A stretch of 60,034 nt of DNA. It comes from Bacteroidota bacterium (GTDB taxonomy: Bacteria > Bacteroidota > Bacteroidia > Palsa-965). Under the pieces are notes generated by a model. That model saw only the letters and a program-made list of their open reading frames with translations. It had not been told where the DNA came from and ran no database searches. Shown here piece by piece: positions 8,197-18,701 of this stretch (position 1 is the first letter of the stretch; each line of letters opens with the position of its first letter). The stretch is taken from the NCBI GenBank assembly GCA_013289095.1, contig JABDAO010000006.1:1-60034 (forward strand), given 5' to 3'. A program made the position numbers and the translations under genes.

Positions 8197-11100
8197 CTAC
8201 TGTTTTTCTTCAAAACTGTTAAAATACTGGGAAACTTTGACTTTATAATAAGGGCTTAATGAAGGGGGTACAGTCTTCAAAAGCTCCACTTCCCTCGACT
8301 TTAAACGGTTGTATTCAAGAAACTCATTTGTATTGCTAACATCTTGTGTTTTAGGTTGATCGGCTTTCCTTTCGGTATCCATCTCCCGCTCTTTTTCTGC
8401 CTTTTCGTAGTCCAGCATCTTGGTTAAAATCTCCTGCTGCCTCCGAATGGTTTCTTGCGTTATACGCTTATTTACCAGATCGGTTTCAGTTTCATCCATC
8501 TTTTCGGCAGTATTGCCCAGCGTCCCCCCCCCTTTACCGTCCTTTTTTTGCTGATCAGACATCTTTTGGAGCAATTCGCGTATGGCTTCCTGCTGGGCTG
8601 CCATGCGGGCAAATTCCTCGCTCATGCCCTTTCCGTCCTTGCCTTTTCCGTCCTTCATTTTTTTCATCATCTCACCCATCTGCGCATTCAGTTTCTGCTG
8701 CATCTGCCGGAGTGAGGCTCCGGTCTGTTTTTGGCCCTTTCCTCCCGGTTTGTTGCAGCTTCCGGCCCCCGGTTTGCCCTTTTTGGCGGCTTCCTGCATA
8801 TTGCTGAGGGCTTCGTTGAGCAACAAAGCCAGGTTGTTGACCGAAGTCATAGAATACTGCTGGCGTGAGGCCGCTTCGCCCGTGTTCCGATCGGCCAGAC
8901 TGGTGATGGCCTTTTCCATGTTCATATTGATAGCGCTCACCTCTTTGTTCACCATATCGCCAATAGCAGGGTTCCGTTTGCTGAGGGCAAACAAACTGTC
9001 CTCGATCATTTTTGCATCGTCCTTGAGCATATTTTGCTTTTGGGCAATTTTTACATACTGGGGGTTATCGGTTCGGGTCTTGCCCAAATCGGTCATGAGG
9101 GCCTCCTGATCAAACGAAAGCCGCACCAGGTTCTGGAGGATCTGACGCAACGCATTGACATCTTCTTCATTCTCCTGTTCGGCCATTTTTGCCTGCATCT
9201 GGGCCAGCTTCTGGCTTAGATCCTCCATCTTTTCGGCAGCTGATTTTTGTGATTTGGATGCTTTTTTGTTTTCCTTGTTTTGCAGATCCGCGCTGCTCTC
9301 CTTCATATCTTTCTGGATTTGCTGTTCCTGAGGTTCTGTGCTTTTCAGTTCATCGTGCGGTTTTTCGAGGGCATCGTTCTTTTTCTGCAGGTCTTCCAGT
9401 TGTTTCTTGATGTCCTCAAATTCCTTGTTCATCTGGTCTTGTTTGTTTTCCAGTTCTTTGGAATCCTGCTTTTTGTCTTCTGTTTTTTCAGCAAGCTTTT
9501 TCTGGTCATCGGCCAGCTTGTCGAGCCGTTCTTTGGTATCGGTCAGTTTTTTATCGAATTCCATTTGTTTGAACAACTCCAGGGTGCGGTCTAGCTCCTT
9601 CTCCAGGTCTTTGTTGCTCAGTTTCATTTTTTCGAGTTCCTCCTGCATCTTGTCCTTGTCCATGGTCTGCATGAGTTTATCAAGGTCTTTCATCTGTTTC
9701 TTCATATCCTCGGTGAGGAGCTGATCAAACAGGTCCTGGATCTGTTTCTGCTTTTCCACCAGTTTCTCGTTGTCTTTCCGGTACTCGGTCTGTTCCTGCT
9801 GGCTTTTGGAGTTTTCTTTTTTAAACTGCTCGATGCTGTTTTCCAGTTTTTGTTGTTTGTCTTTAAGCTCCTGAATTTTCTTTTTGTCTTCCCAACTGAG
9901 CGATTTTTTCTCGAGCACTTTTTTATGGAGCTCGTCGATATCTTTTTGCAGGTCTTTGGCCTTCTGGATACTCTCAGAGATATCACTTTTCACGGTCTGG
10001 CTCGATTCTTCCGATTTCTCAGCCAGCTCTTTGAGTGTAGGGGCCTGGAAGAGCATTTTCTGGCTGCGGGTAGTCTTTGGCCCATGCACCCCGTCGTTAT
10101 CAGACACTTCGAAAAAATATTCGATCTGATCGCCGGGGGCCAGGTTGAGTTTGCCCAGATCCCAGAAATACATGAACTGATCTTGGGTGAATGTGCCCGA
10201 AACAGGGATGCGTTCTGTCACATACTTCGCCCCGGCAGTGTTGCCTGCCGCAGCCGAATCTTCTTTGTGGTTGAGTTTGTAGTTAAAATTAAGCCCCGTA
10301 AAGCCATAGTCATCCTTCACTTCGCCATGATAGTACAGACGCTGTGTCGAAACAGAGTCCTTTCTTTCTTCCACCTCCATGGTAGGATACAGATCGGGAA
10401 TCACATTGATGGCATACACAACCGAATCTTTGCTTTTAATAAATTCGTTGGAGGTGGTGATCGAATACGAATCGCTTTTCAGGAACCTGTTTTTGTAACT
10501 GCACGCATTGGCCGATGGGCTGAGCAGATAGGCCGTATCCTGAAAATTAATGCGGAGACTCCGGGTATCCTTTGTATTAAAATTCCACGAAACCCTGGTG
10601 CCCGCCGGAATGACCAGATCACCCGTATTGTGCAAGACCTCGTTTTTCTTCCCGATATAGGCCGGGTAATCCAACTGAATTTCGAAATTGAGGAGCACCG
10701 GGTTAGGCAGCACGCTGATCTCGTATTCATGCGAGGTATAACCATCGGCGCTGAGTTTGAATTTGGTATTGTGTTGCAGGTTTTTGAAGACATAACTAAA
10801 ATTCACCACGTTGTCGCGGCTGAGTTTGTATTCATTGCCATCCACCAGTAAGAGCACCGTTTCGGGAATTTCCTGCCCCGTAATTTTTACCTCCAGCGAA
10901 AAATCCTGCTGCTCAATGGTCTTGAGCTGGTTGTTCACCACGTTAAAATGAAAAGGGGCTTCCCTTTCATAAAAATCGCTGTGGTGCACCAGGCGTTTTG
11001 TGCTTTCGGTAATGATGCTGGGCGAAGCAAAAACAATAAAGAGGATAAGTACCAGCGGGATGACTGCATATTTTACATAGCGCTTGTTCTGGCCCACATC

Positions 11101-11565
11101 AATAGCCGATGCAAACGGGATGGGTTTAAGCTCCCTGGTTTTTTGATCGATCGAAGCCTCCAGCAAGGTAAGGCTGGAGGTATTTGAGTGGGTGATGCCC
11201 GCTTGGGCAACTGCTTTACGAAGCTGGAGCAGGTTCAGGAGTTTATCTTTTACTTCCGAAAAATGTTTCCCGATGATTTCGGCAGCCTGTTCATTGCTGA
11301 TGACAACCCCGATCTTGTTGAGTTTTGATAACGGAATGAAGATATATCGGCCGGCGATAGCAAGCACGGATAAAACAAGGGTATAAAACAGGATGGTACG
11401 GATGGTGGTATCAAAATGTGCGTATGATTCAAGCAGGGCCACGGCCAGATAAAATCCAAGGATCAGCCCGGTGGAATAAAGCAGGCCTTTGATAAGCTGG
11501 TTTTTGTAATACTTACGTATAAATTCGTCCAGCTTTTGTACTAAGATGTCTTCCTGATAATCCAT
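8197..11565 (-). CDS. DUF4175-family membrane-anchored long coiled-coil protein
   Basis: N-terminal TM helices, an Ig-like middle, DNDGVHGPK, and a long E/K/Q-rich coiled coil. It sits upstream of the rsbW-like gene and ybeY, as is usual in Bacteroidota. Confidence 0.85.
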   Translation of the reverse strand: MDYQEDILVQKLDEFIRKYYKNQLIKGLLYSTGLILGFYLAVALLESYAHFDTTIRTILFYTLVLSVLAIAGRYIFIPLSKLNKIGVVISNEQAAEIIGKHFSEVKDKLLNLLQLRKAVAQAGITHSNTSSLTLLEASIDQKTRELKPIPFASAIDVGQNKRYVKYAVIPLVLILFIVFASPSIITESTKRLVHHSDFYEREAPFHFNVVNNQLKTIEQQDFSLEVKITGQEIPETVLLLVDGNEYKLSRDNVVNFSYVFKNLQHNTKFKLSADGYTSHEYEISVLPNPVLLNFEIQLDYPAYIGKKNEVLHNTGDLVIPAGTRVSWNFNTKDTRSLRINFQDTAYLLSPSANACSYKNRFLKSDSYSITTSNEFIKSKDSVVYAINVIPDLYPTMEVEERKDSVSTQRLYYHGEVKDDYGFTGLNFNYKLNHKEDSAAAGNTAGAKYVTERIPVSGTFTQDQFMYFWDLGKLNLAPGDQIEYFFEVSDNDGVHGPKTTRSQKMLFQAPTLKELAEKSEESSQTVKSDISESIQKAKDLQKDIDELHKKVLEKKSLSWEDKKKIQELKDKQQKLENSIEQFKKENSKSQQEQTEYRKDNEKLVEKQKQIQDLFDQLLTEDMKKQMKDLDKLMQTMDKDKMQEELEKMKLSNKDLEKELDRTLELFKQMEFDKKLTDTKERLDKLADDQKKLAEKTEDKKQDSKELENKQDQMNKEFEDIKKQLEDLQKKNDALEKPHDELKSTEPQEQQIQKDMKESSADLQNKENKKASKSQKSAAEKMEDLSQKLAQMQAKMAEQENEEDVNALRQILQNLVRLSFDQEALMTDLGKTRTDNPQYVKIAQKQNMLKDDAKMIEDSLFALSKRNPAIGDMVNKEVSAINMNMEKAITSLADRNTGEAASRQQYSMTSVNNLALLLNEALSNMQEAAKKGKPGAGSCNKPGGKGQKQTGASLRQMQQKLNAQMGEMMKKMKDGKGKDGKGMSEEFARMAAQQEAIRELLQKMSDQQKKDGKGGGTLGNTAEKMDETETDLVNKRITQETIRRQQEILTKMLDYEKAEKEREMDTERKADQPKTQDVSNTNEFLEYNRLKSREVELLKTVPPSLSPYYKVKVSQYFNSFEEKQ

Positions 11566-11813
11566 AGCGCCTGGCATCTTCAATCCCGAGGAGCGGAAAC
11601 AAGCATGCCAAGCAAATTTAACACTATTTAGGGGAGAATCCCGTGTCTTGATTGCTGGGGGTGACATTTTAACAGATATTAGGAGAATTACCCGCCCGGG
11701 AAACCTGAGATGCCGGCCTTAATCCTCAGAATCAGAGAAATAGTTGACAAATGGGGGAAAGAATACTGGCCCCGGCCCTTCTTCCATGGAAATTGCTATT
11801 AAATTTACCCTAG

Positions 11814-12347
11814 ATGAAGTTCGAATCCAACGCCGAGTTTAAGGAATTGTGTGAAACCTGGAATGTTCCGGAAGATCTTCGGTTTGACCTGGTCTTGCCT
11901 CCGGGGGTAGTGCAAATCCTGGATGATGATATTATCGAAAACAAATATGGCATACGGCTTAAAAAAAACGGTTCGGCAAACCCGCCCAATGGCAATCAGG
12001 ACCTGAATAAATCACAAGCGGAAGACAGCAACAATCATTTTCATGTCGATTGGTTTGTAAAACCCTTGTCGAACGAGGGTGTGTTCCGTCTGGGTCTTAA
12101 AACAATGCTGGAGCTTGCTGAGAAATTCAGGGCAAAAGGGTATAAGGATATCTGTTTTACCTATTCCTTTATGTCAACCGATATGCGTAAGCAATGGAAT
12201 AAAAAACATGGTTTTGACGAAGAACCCGAAGACGAAAGCTATATCAGCGAGCGATTGAGCTTTCACCGGCTGAGGGCGGGAGAAACGGTTCTCGAATTTG
12301 ATCCGAAGATGCGGAAGTTTGAAGCATTGCTGCTGATCAAGATATAG
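11814..12347 (+). CDS. Hypothetical protein
   Basis: 177-aa ATG ORF with normal globular composition; no family recognised. Confidence 0.6.
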   Translation: MKFESNAEFKELCETWNVPEDLRFDLVLPPGVVQILDDDIIENKYGIRLKKNGSANPPNGNQDLNKSQAEDSNNHFHVDWFVKPLSNEGVFRLGLKTMLELAEKFRAKGYKDICFTYSFMSTDMRKQWNKKHGFDEEPEDESYISERLSFHRLRAGETVLEFDPKMRKFEALLLIKI

Positions 12348-12434
12348 GGCCTAACCAGGCCAAAACAACGCGTTAAACTCCTTAACGGGTTCTGTTCTTA
12401 TCAGTTTTCTTACCCGACACCGAAGGAAAAACGC

Positions 12435-12842
12435 TTACGGACGCATGGCTTTTAAGGTAACCGCTTCAGCCTCGTCCATACAGATGTAGGCATGGCTGTA
12501 ATCGCCAAACTTGGGATATTGAGATGCCGTTGTGATGCACAATGCGGCATGATGGCAATGGGCGGTATAAACCAGCTTTGAAAACTGCTGCCGGTATTTT
12601 TTCTGTTTAAAATTCTTCTTCAGATCTCCCGAAGCAGAAAACTGAAACTGCGAAACCGTTTCCACCAGCATGGCCCGGTTTTGCGCTTCGTTGCTGATCT
12701 TCGAACGGATCATCACGTTCCAGCCATAGAGATTGGCCGAAATTTTTTCGGGCAATTCAAAATCGGTCTCCACCACATTTGCGGATGAAGCTGCAAGGAG
12801 CTTTTTCTTGATCAGGTAGACATTCCTCAGGTGTAGTTTCAT
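12435..12842 (-). CDS. Hypothetical protein, possibly SecB-like fold
   Basis: 135 aa. The order of beta strands then helix (LHLRNVYL...VETVSQFQF...LVYTAHCHHAAL) loosely resembles SecB-like chaperones. Confidence 0.5.
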   Translation of the reverse strand: MKLHLRNVYLIKKKLLAASSANVVETDFELPEKISANLYGWNVMIRSKISNEAQNRAMLVETVSQFQFSASGDLKKNFKQKKYRQQFSKLVYTAHCHHAALCITTASQYPKFGDYSHAYICMDEAEAVTLKAMRP

Positions 12843-13387
12843 GGGTTTTGGTTTTTATGAATTGTGACTTCATGCTGAAAATCAGTTTTCTGTGCGCCCT
12901 CACTAATAATTACTCTTTTTCGTTCATTGCAATTGATGATTATGCTCAACCTTCCAGACTAAAAACTCAATGTCGTTTTACATATTACATTACACGCTTA
13001 TTTATAATCATTTTTATTATATTAACCCCTAAGCTCCTTCCTTTTTTAACATTCAACCTATATGTTTAGATATCAAAACATCAATATTACAGGATAAGAA
13101 TAACATTCCGTGTAGTACAAACAACTACATTTACTATAATTAATACACAATTTTATCTCATACAGTATCTTATTTTAATATTTATATATAAGTAATTTAA
13201 CATATTTTAACACCAAAACGATAGAACTCTTGTTCCAAAAGACGAGAATTAATTTTTACAATATGCTGTATATCTATTAATTACATACATATTGAAGGTA
13301 AATCCGCAGTTTGTAAGGCGAGGCTAAGATGCAGATAAATTGATAGGTAATTAACAATATCATAAATATTGCACCAGGCATGCAATC

Positions 13388-13550
13388 TTTATCCCGCAAT
13401 CATGCATTAGAGACACGCCTTCACGCTCAAAAGGCCATCAGCGCTGCCGCCCAGCGGGATAACCCGTCTCCCGATGTCTATCGGGACGCAAACAAGCTTA
13501 ACGCACGTTGCATTAGCCTGTTACACGGCTAATGCAAAACAAGGGTTTAT
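13388..13550 (+). repeat. Structured dispersed element, copy 4 (subfamily B)
   Basis: TTTATCCCGC...GCCTTCACGCTCAAAAGGC...CAGCGGGATAACCC-GTCTCCCGATGTCTATCGGGAC...AACGCAC GTTGCATTAGCC...GGCTAATGCAA...GGGTTTAT. Confidence 0.9.
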
Positions 13551-13629
13551 TGAAGTATATGCTCGCGCAGACACCGGTTAGCATAAACCGGTGGAGCAAG
13601 ATCTGGTCTTGGAGGAAGTAGGGGGATTA

Positions 13630-14532
13630 TTAAACAGAGGCGCTCTCAAAAGAGCGAAACCTTCCAAAAACCCCGAGCGGGAGCTTGTTTCCGGCGGTGG
13701 CTTGCAGAAACAGTTCTCCTGTCTCCACCCTTCCATGCGCGGAAGGCTTGATGAGGTTTTCGATTATAAGCGATGAAAAACCAAGCGAATACGCGTTTAG
13801 GATCAAAAAATGCCCCCGGGGATCCAGAAGTTGAATAACCCCCTTCATCATTTCGTTGATATTGTCTTCCAGCTTCCATTTTTCTCCATTCGGACCATGC
13901 CCGAAGGCAGGAGGATCGAGGATAATGCCGTTGTATTTATTGCCGCGTTTTTCTTCCCGTTTTACAAATTTCAATGCATCTTCAACAACCCAGCGGATAT
14001 TTTCGAGCGTTGAGAGATCCATATTCTCCCTTGCCCAGCTAACCACCTGTTTAATGGAATCGACATGGGTCACGTCGGCTCCGGCAGCTTTGGCTGCAAG
14101 CGACGCGCCTCCGGTATAGGCAAAGAGGTTCAGAAAACGTGGGGTTTCACCAGGAAGCAACCGTTGCACCTGGCGAACGGAATCGGCAATATATTCCCAG
14201 TTCGAAGCCTGTTCGGGGAAGATGCCTACATGTTTAAACGAAGTAAGCCCCAGCCGAAACCGGAGTTCAGGCCCTTTTCCCTGCAGGGCATATTTTATCT
14301 GCCATTGATCGGGCATCTTATGCAATGTTTTCCACTCACCGGCCGAACTGGACCGGGGCACGAATTTTACATGTGCACGCTGTTCCCATTCTTTTACAGA
14401 AAGGGTACGGTCCCATACCGCCTGAGGTTCGGGCCGTATCGTCAGATAATTTCCGAACCGCTCGAGTTTCTCAAAATCGCCGACGTCAATCAGTTCGTAA
14501 TCTTTCCAATAAGCTGGGGTGAGAAATTGCAT
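13630..14532 (-). CDS. Class I SAM-dependent methyltransferase (RlmI-like)
   Basis: FLNLFAYTGGAS SAM-binding motif, IILDPPAFG, and FKHVGIFPEQ. Confidence 0.9.
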   Translation of the reverse strand: MQFLTPAYWKDYELIDVGDFEKLERFGNYLTIRPEPQAVWDRTLSVKEWEQRAHVKFVPRSSSAGEWKTLHKMPDQWQIKYALQGKGPELRFRLGLTSFKHVGIFPEQASNWEYIADSVRQVQRLLPGETPRFLNLFAYTGGASLAAKAAGADVTHVDSIKQVVSWARENMDLSTLENIRWVVEDALKFVKREEKRGNKYNGIILDPPAFGHGPNGEKWKLEDNINEMMKGVIQLLDPRGHFLILNAYSLGFSSLIIENLIKPSAHGRVETGELFLQATAGNKLPLGVFGRFRSFESASV

Positions 14533-14666
14533 GGGCTCAAAGGTAAAGAAATCTCTCTCTGTAACCAGTGGAAGGGCTGAACGAATAAAAGAGCAGCATG
14601 AACGAATAAAAGAACATCCTTGTTTTCTATCTTATTTCGCCTATATTTGGTTCTCAATCTCCAAAC

Positions 14667-16787
14667 ATGCTGCGCTATCACACTGCCCTGTTCCTGCTTC
14701 TGGCAGGTTTTTCGATGCTGCCTGCCCAGGTACTAAACCTTCCGGCAAGGAACCCGGCGGCGCTCAACGGCACTCAATTCATTGCTACGATCAATTCGCC
14801 TACACTCTCGCTGACAAACCGGGAAGACCTGATCTATACACAGATCAGCGGAGGAAATGTGCCTTCTTTCTACCGCAATCTGGTGCCTGTTACTTCCTCG
14901 GCTGTGATCTCGGGGGTCACCCAATCGCTTACCTATTATGTAGCCCCCGATTATCTGATGGTTGGAACAGATACCAACTATTTTCTGTGCCCCATGAGCC
15001 CTATGCTGGCCACCAAAATAGCCGACTTTACGGGATGTACCCTGCCTTCACGCAAAATGGTAAACGATATCTATGCCGCCGCTACTGTAAAGCTGGCGCC
15101 TCAGCCTATCCCGCCTTCATCGCAAATGAGTACGGTTCCGGTTTTTACGGCCTACAATGATTCTGTACGCAAACAGCGTGATTCGGTGATTGTCGCCCAT
15201 CCACTCGGCGAACTTACCGGTGGAGACAAAAAAGATGTGACAATCAGTAATCTGATTTACACAACAGCAAACCGGGTTGTAATATACGGCTGGCATACTT
15301 CGATCGGAAACCCCATTCAACCGCTTTCAAATATCCATGCCGATACCTATATGGATTACAGCCATGGCATCCGTCTGGTACAGAACAGCTGTGTCTATAA
15401 CGGAACCCCGACTACGATCAAAGACATACTCATCTCTTCAACACTCAATACCTTGCTGAGCGATGAAGGTTCGATGGCACAGCCTCAGTATCCGTATGAC
15501 GGTGTCATTCCGTCAACCCCGGCTTCGTTTGCCGTGCTCCGCGGAAGCAGTACCACACTACAGGTGCTGGTAAGCAACGACACCGCCGTAACCGGGTACA
15601 ATATCTATTTAAGCACAGACGGCATCAATTTCAATGCACCGGTATTGCTCCCAAAGACCTCACTCCTCCTTACCGGTCTCACACCCAACACCGTTTACTA
15701 TGTGAAACTATCGGCAAACAATTCAATTACCGGTCTGACCTCGGGTATTTCATTCCTGCTCGCTGCCACTACAAGCTCACAAGCTGACAGCACCTTGCTG
15801 GTTTATGGTTTCGACCGGGTGATTACCGGAAATACCTACAATTGGGTGATCCAGCATGGCCAGGCTTTCGCGGCAGGAGGAAAAATTTTTTCCTCTGCTA
15901 CCCATCAGGCAATCGAAAATCACCTGCTGCCGTTGACCAACTATGCCATTGCCGATTATATCCTCGGTGAAGAAAGCACCGCAAACCAAACATTCAGCGA
16001 TACCGATCAGGTCTTGTTTGCAGCCTACCTGAACCAGGGAGGACATCTGTTTGCCTCGGGTTCTGAAATTGCCTGGGACCTCGACAAAAACGGCACAACC
16101 GCCGACCGTTCGTTTTTCAACAATTATTTAAAATCATCGTTTATCGCCGATTCTCCCAACAATCTGGTGTCTACCTATTATTCCGATTATACTTCTGTCT
16201 GCCCTTCTTCCATCTTTTCGGGCAGCGACAGCATCACCTTTGATAATGGGACACATGGCACGTACAATGTAGGTTATCCGGATGTCGTCTCCGTCGTAAA
16301 CGGAGGCATCCCCGATATGCATTATGCCACCTCCAATACCGATTATGGGGGGGTGCACTTTGCAGGTCTGTTTCCGGGTGGAACAAAGCCAGGCAAGATG
16401 ATGTATCTCTGTTTTCCTTTCGAGACCATCTACCCCATAGCGGCAAGAGATACCGTGATGGCCCACATCATCCGCTTTTTCGACGGAAATCTGGGTCTGA
16501 TCTCCGGCCTGGCAGGTGTAGATGAAAATGCGATAAGCCTCAAACTCTATCCAAACCCGGTGGCGGGCGAAGGGCTGGTACAATTCTCTCTGCCTAAATC
16601 CGATCGGGTTTCGCTTACCTTGTACGATGCATCGGGGCGCAGCCTGCGCACATTGGCTGATCAGGACTTTCAACAAGGTGTTCAACGCGTTGGGGTAAAC
16701 CGTGAAGGATTACCCCCGGGCTTGTATTTTATACACCTGTTAACTTCTTCTACTTCGGCAACTGTTTCATTCCTGGTGGTAGACTGA
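14667..16787 (+). CDS. T9SS-secreted multidomain protein (uncharacterised N-domain, FN3, T9SS CTD)
   Basis: Signal peptide, FN3 segment (VTGYNIY...LTPNTVYYVKLSA) and C-terminal LYPNPV...LYDASGR...GLYFI. Confidence 0.85.
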   Translation: MLRYHTALFLLLAGFSMLPAQVLNLPARNPAALNGTQFIATINSPTLSLTNREDLIYTQISGGNVPSFYRNLVPVTSSAVISGVTQSLTYYVAPDYLMVGTDTNYFLCPMSPMLATKIADFTGCTLPSRKMVNDIYAAATVKLAPQPIPPSSQMSTVPVFTAYNDSVRKQRDSVIVAHPLGELTGGDKKDVTISNLIYTTANRVVIYGWHTSIGNPIQPLSNIHADTYMDYSHGIRLVQNSCVYNGTPTTIKDILISSTLNTLLSDEGSMAQPQYPYDGVIPSTPASFAVLRGSSTTLQVLVSNDTAVTGYNIYLSTDGINFNAPVLLPKTSLLLTGLTPNTVYYVKLSANNSITGLTSGISFLLAATTSSQADSTLLVYGFDRVITGNTYNWVIQHGQAFAAGGKIFSSATHQAIENHLLPLTNYAIADYILGEESTANQTFSDTDQVLFAAYLNQGGHLFASGSEIAWDLDKNGTTADRSFFNNYLKSSFIADSPNNLVSTYYSDYTSVCPSSIFSGSDSITFDNGTHGTYNVGYPDVVSVVNGGIPDMHYATSNTDYGGVHFAGLFPGGTKPGKMMYLCFPFETIYPIAARDTVMAHIIRFFDGNLGLISGLAGVDENAISLKLYPNPVAGEGLVQFSLPKSDRVSLTLYDASGRSLRTLADQDFQQGVQRVGVNREGLPPGLYFIHLLTSSTSATVSFLVVD

Positions 16788-17073
16788 TCTCCTGCGTCTC
16801 CATTCAATAACAAAGCCTGACCGGATACACGGCCAAAAACACGGTGTACCTATAGAACGGGACAATCCGGACAGGCCTAACCGCTTAGCCCGATGATTAT
16901 TGGGGCCTTTTAAAGCGGCTAAAAACCGGCATATCAATGCCAGCGCCGGCGCTCCTCCCGAGCCATGCCTGGCATGAACCGGTGCAGCTTGTTCATTTCT
17001 CCCTGTATAACTAATCCTCATCCTTCTTTGCAGGCGTCGGGAATCAATGTATTTTCGAAAAAATATTTTACGT

Positions 17074-18684
17074 ATGAGTAGTCAAAAGACATCCCAATCG
17101 TCGTTAATTACGCTCATCTCGGTATTCTTTTTCTGGGGGTTCCTCGCTGCTTCGAATGGTATTTTTATTCCCTTTTGCAAAGCGCATTTCAACCTTACAC
17201 AAATGGAGTCGCAGCTGATCGACAGTTCTTTTTACGGGGCCTATTTTATCGGTTCCTTTCTGCTGTACCTATTCTCGGTGGCCAACGGAACAGATATCCT
17301 GAACAAAATAGGTTACCGTAAAGGCATCATTTATGGGTTACTTGTTTCCATAGCCGGGGCATTCTCGATGATCTATGCTGTCAATACCGGTTCGTTTCAG
17401 TTTATCCTGGGCGCTTTTTTTATCATTGCCCTGGGGTTCTCTCTTCAGCAGACCGCAGCCAACCCCTTTGCCATAGCACTGGGCGACCCTTCTACCGGAG
17501 CACACCGCCTCAACCTGGGTGGGGGTGTAAATTCATTTGGCACCACCATCGGGCCCTTGCTTGTGAGTTTCGTGCTTTTCGGCAGTATTGCAGGCGCCGG
17601 GGCCAAAGGCGCTGACATCAGCTCCATCAACAAGCTCTATCTGATCCTTGCGGCCGTCTTCCTCCTTGTTGTATTGATCTTTGCATTTAGCCGGATGCCA
17701 CAGGTGGTGAGCGAAGAAAAATTTGAACGCACCAACCGAGCCAGCGGCGCTCTGTTCCTGCTTACAACCCTGTTGCTGGTTGTCATCGCGCTTGGAATGT
17801 ATACCGATTTGAACCGGGTGATCCTGCTGGGCGCCTGTCTGCTGGGCATCCTTGGAATATTGATCCGTTCACTCATCGCCGCAGGTAAAAACGGAGCAGG
17901 CTGGGGCGCGATGCGTTATCCGCAGCTGGTACTGGGCATGATCGCCATTTTTGTTTACGTAGGCGTTGAAGTATCTATTCAAAGCAACCTGGGGGCTCTT
18001 TTAAAAACACCTGATTTTGGGGAAATAGATGAAGCCCATATTTCGCAGTATGTCTCCCTTTATTGGGGAAGTCTGATGATCGGACGATGGGTCGGGGCCA
18101 TTACCGTTTTCAAACCCCGGGGAATCTGGAAACACCTGCTTACCGTGATTGTTCCTATCCTTGCTTTTGGTCTGGTATTGGGGGTAAACATCCTGAAAGG
18201 GAACGAAATTTCGGCGCTTGTTCCGTATCTGGGTTGTATTGCCGTGCTGATCACTGGTTTTTTCTTTGCACAGGAGAAACCGGCACGCACGCTCATCCTG
18301 TTCGCAGTGCTGGCTATGTGTGCCATGGTCATCGGCCTGTTCACCACCGGCCGGATTTCCATTTTTGCCTTTCTCAGCGGAGGCTTGTTTTGCTCGGTGA
18401 TGTGGCCCTGCATCTTTTCACTCTCTATCGCCGGTCTGGGCAAATACACCAGCCAGGGAGCCGCCTTCCTGATTATGATGATCCTGGGCGGGGCCATTAT
18501 TCCGCCTTTGCAGGGCAGCCTGGCCGACAGTCGGGTAGGGATTCATTTTTCGTATGTCATCCCGGTGGCTTGTTTCGCTTATCTTGCATGCTATGGCTGG
18601 AGAGTACGTTTGGTGCTGAAACGTCAGGGCATAGACTATGATGATGCCATCGCACAGCAGTCGGGGTCAGAGCCTGGAATCTAG
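17074..18684 (+). CDS. MFS sugar transporter, FucP/GluP family
   Basis: VFFFWGF, LQQTAANPF, NSFGTTIGP, IFVYVGVEV and MMILGGAIIP motifs; many TM helices. Confidence 0.92.
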   Translation: MSSQKTSQSSLITLISVFFFWGFLAASNGIFIPFCKAHFNLTQMESQLIDSSFYGAYFIGSFLLYLFSVANGTDILNKIGYRKGIIYGLLVSIAGAFSMIYAVNTGSFQFILGAFFIIALGFSLQQTAANPFAIALGDPSTGAHRLNLGGGVNSFGTTIGPLLVSFVLFGSIAGAGAKGADISSINKLYLILAAVFLLVVLIFAFSRMPQVVSEEKFERTNRASGALFLLTTLLLVVIALGMYTDLNRVILLGACLLGILGILIRSLIAAGKNGAGWGAMRYPQLVLGMIAIFVYVGVEVSIQSNLGALLKTPDFGEIDEAHISQYVSLYWGSLMIGRWVGAITVFKPRGIWKHLLTVIVPILAFGLVLGVNILKGNEISALVPYLGCIAVLITGFFFAQEKPARTLILFAVLAMCAMVIGLFTTGRISIFAFLSGGLFCSVMWPCIFSLSIAGLGKYTSQGAAFLIMMILGGAIIPPLQGSLADSRVGIHFSYVIPVACFAYLACYGWRVRLVLKRQGIDYDDAIAQQSGSEPGI

Positions 18685-18701
18685 CAGAAAGAAAAGACAG
18701 C

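Noticed and set aside
12850-13380. Replication origin in the AT-rich tract
   Set aside because: No TTATCCACA-type DnaA box cluster was seen and there are no origin-associated genes nearby.
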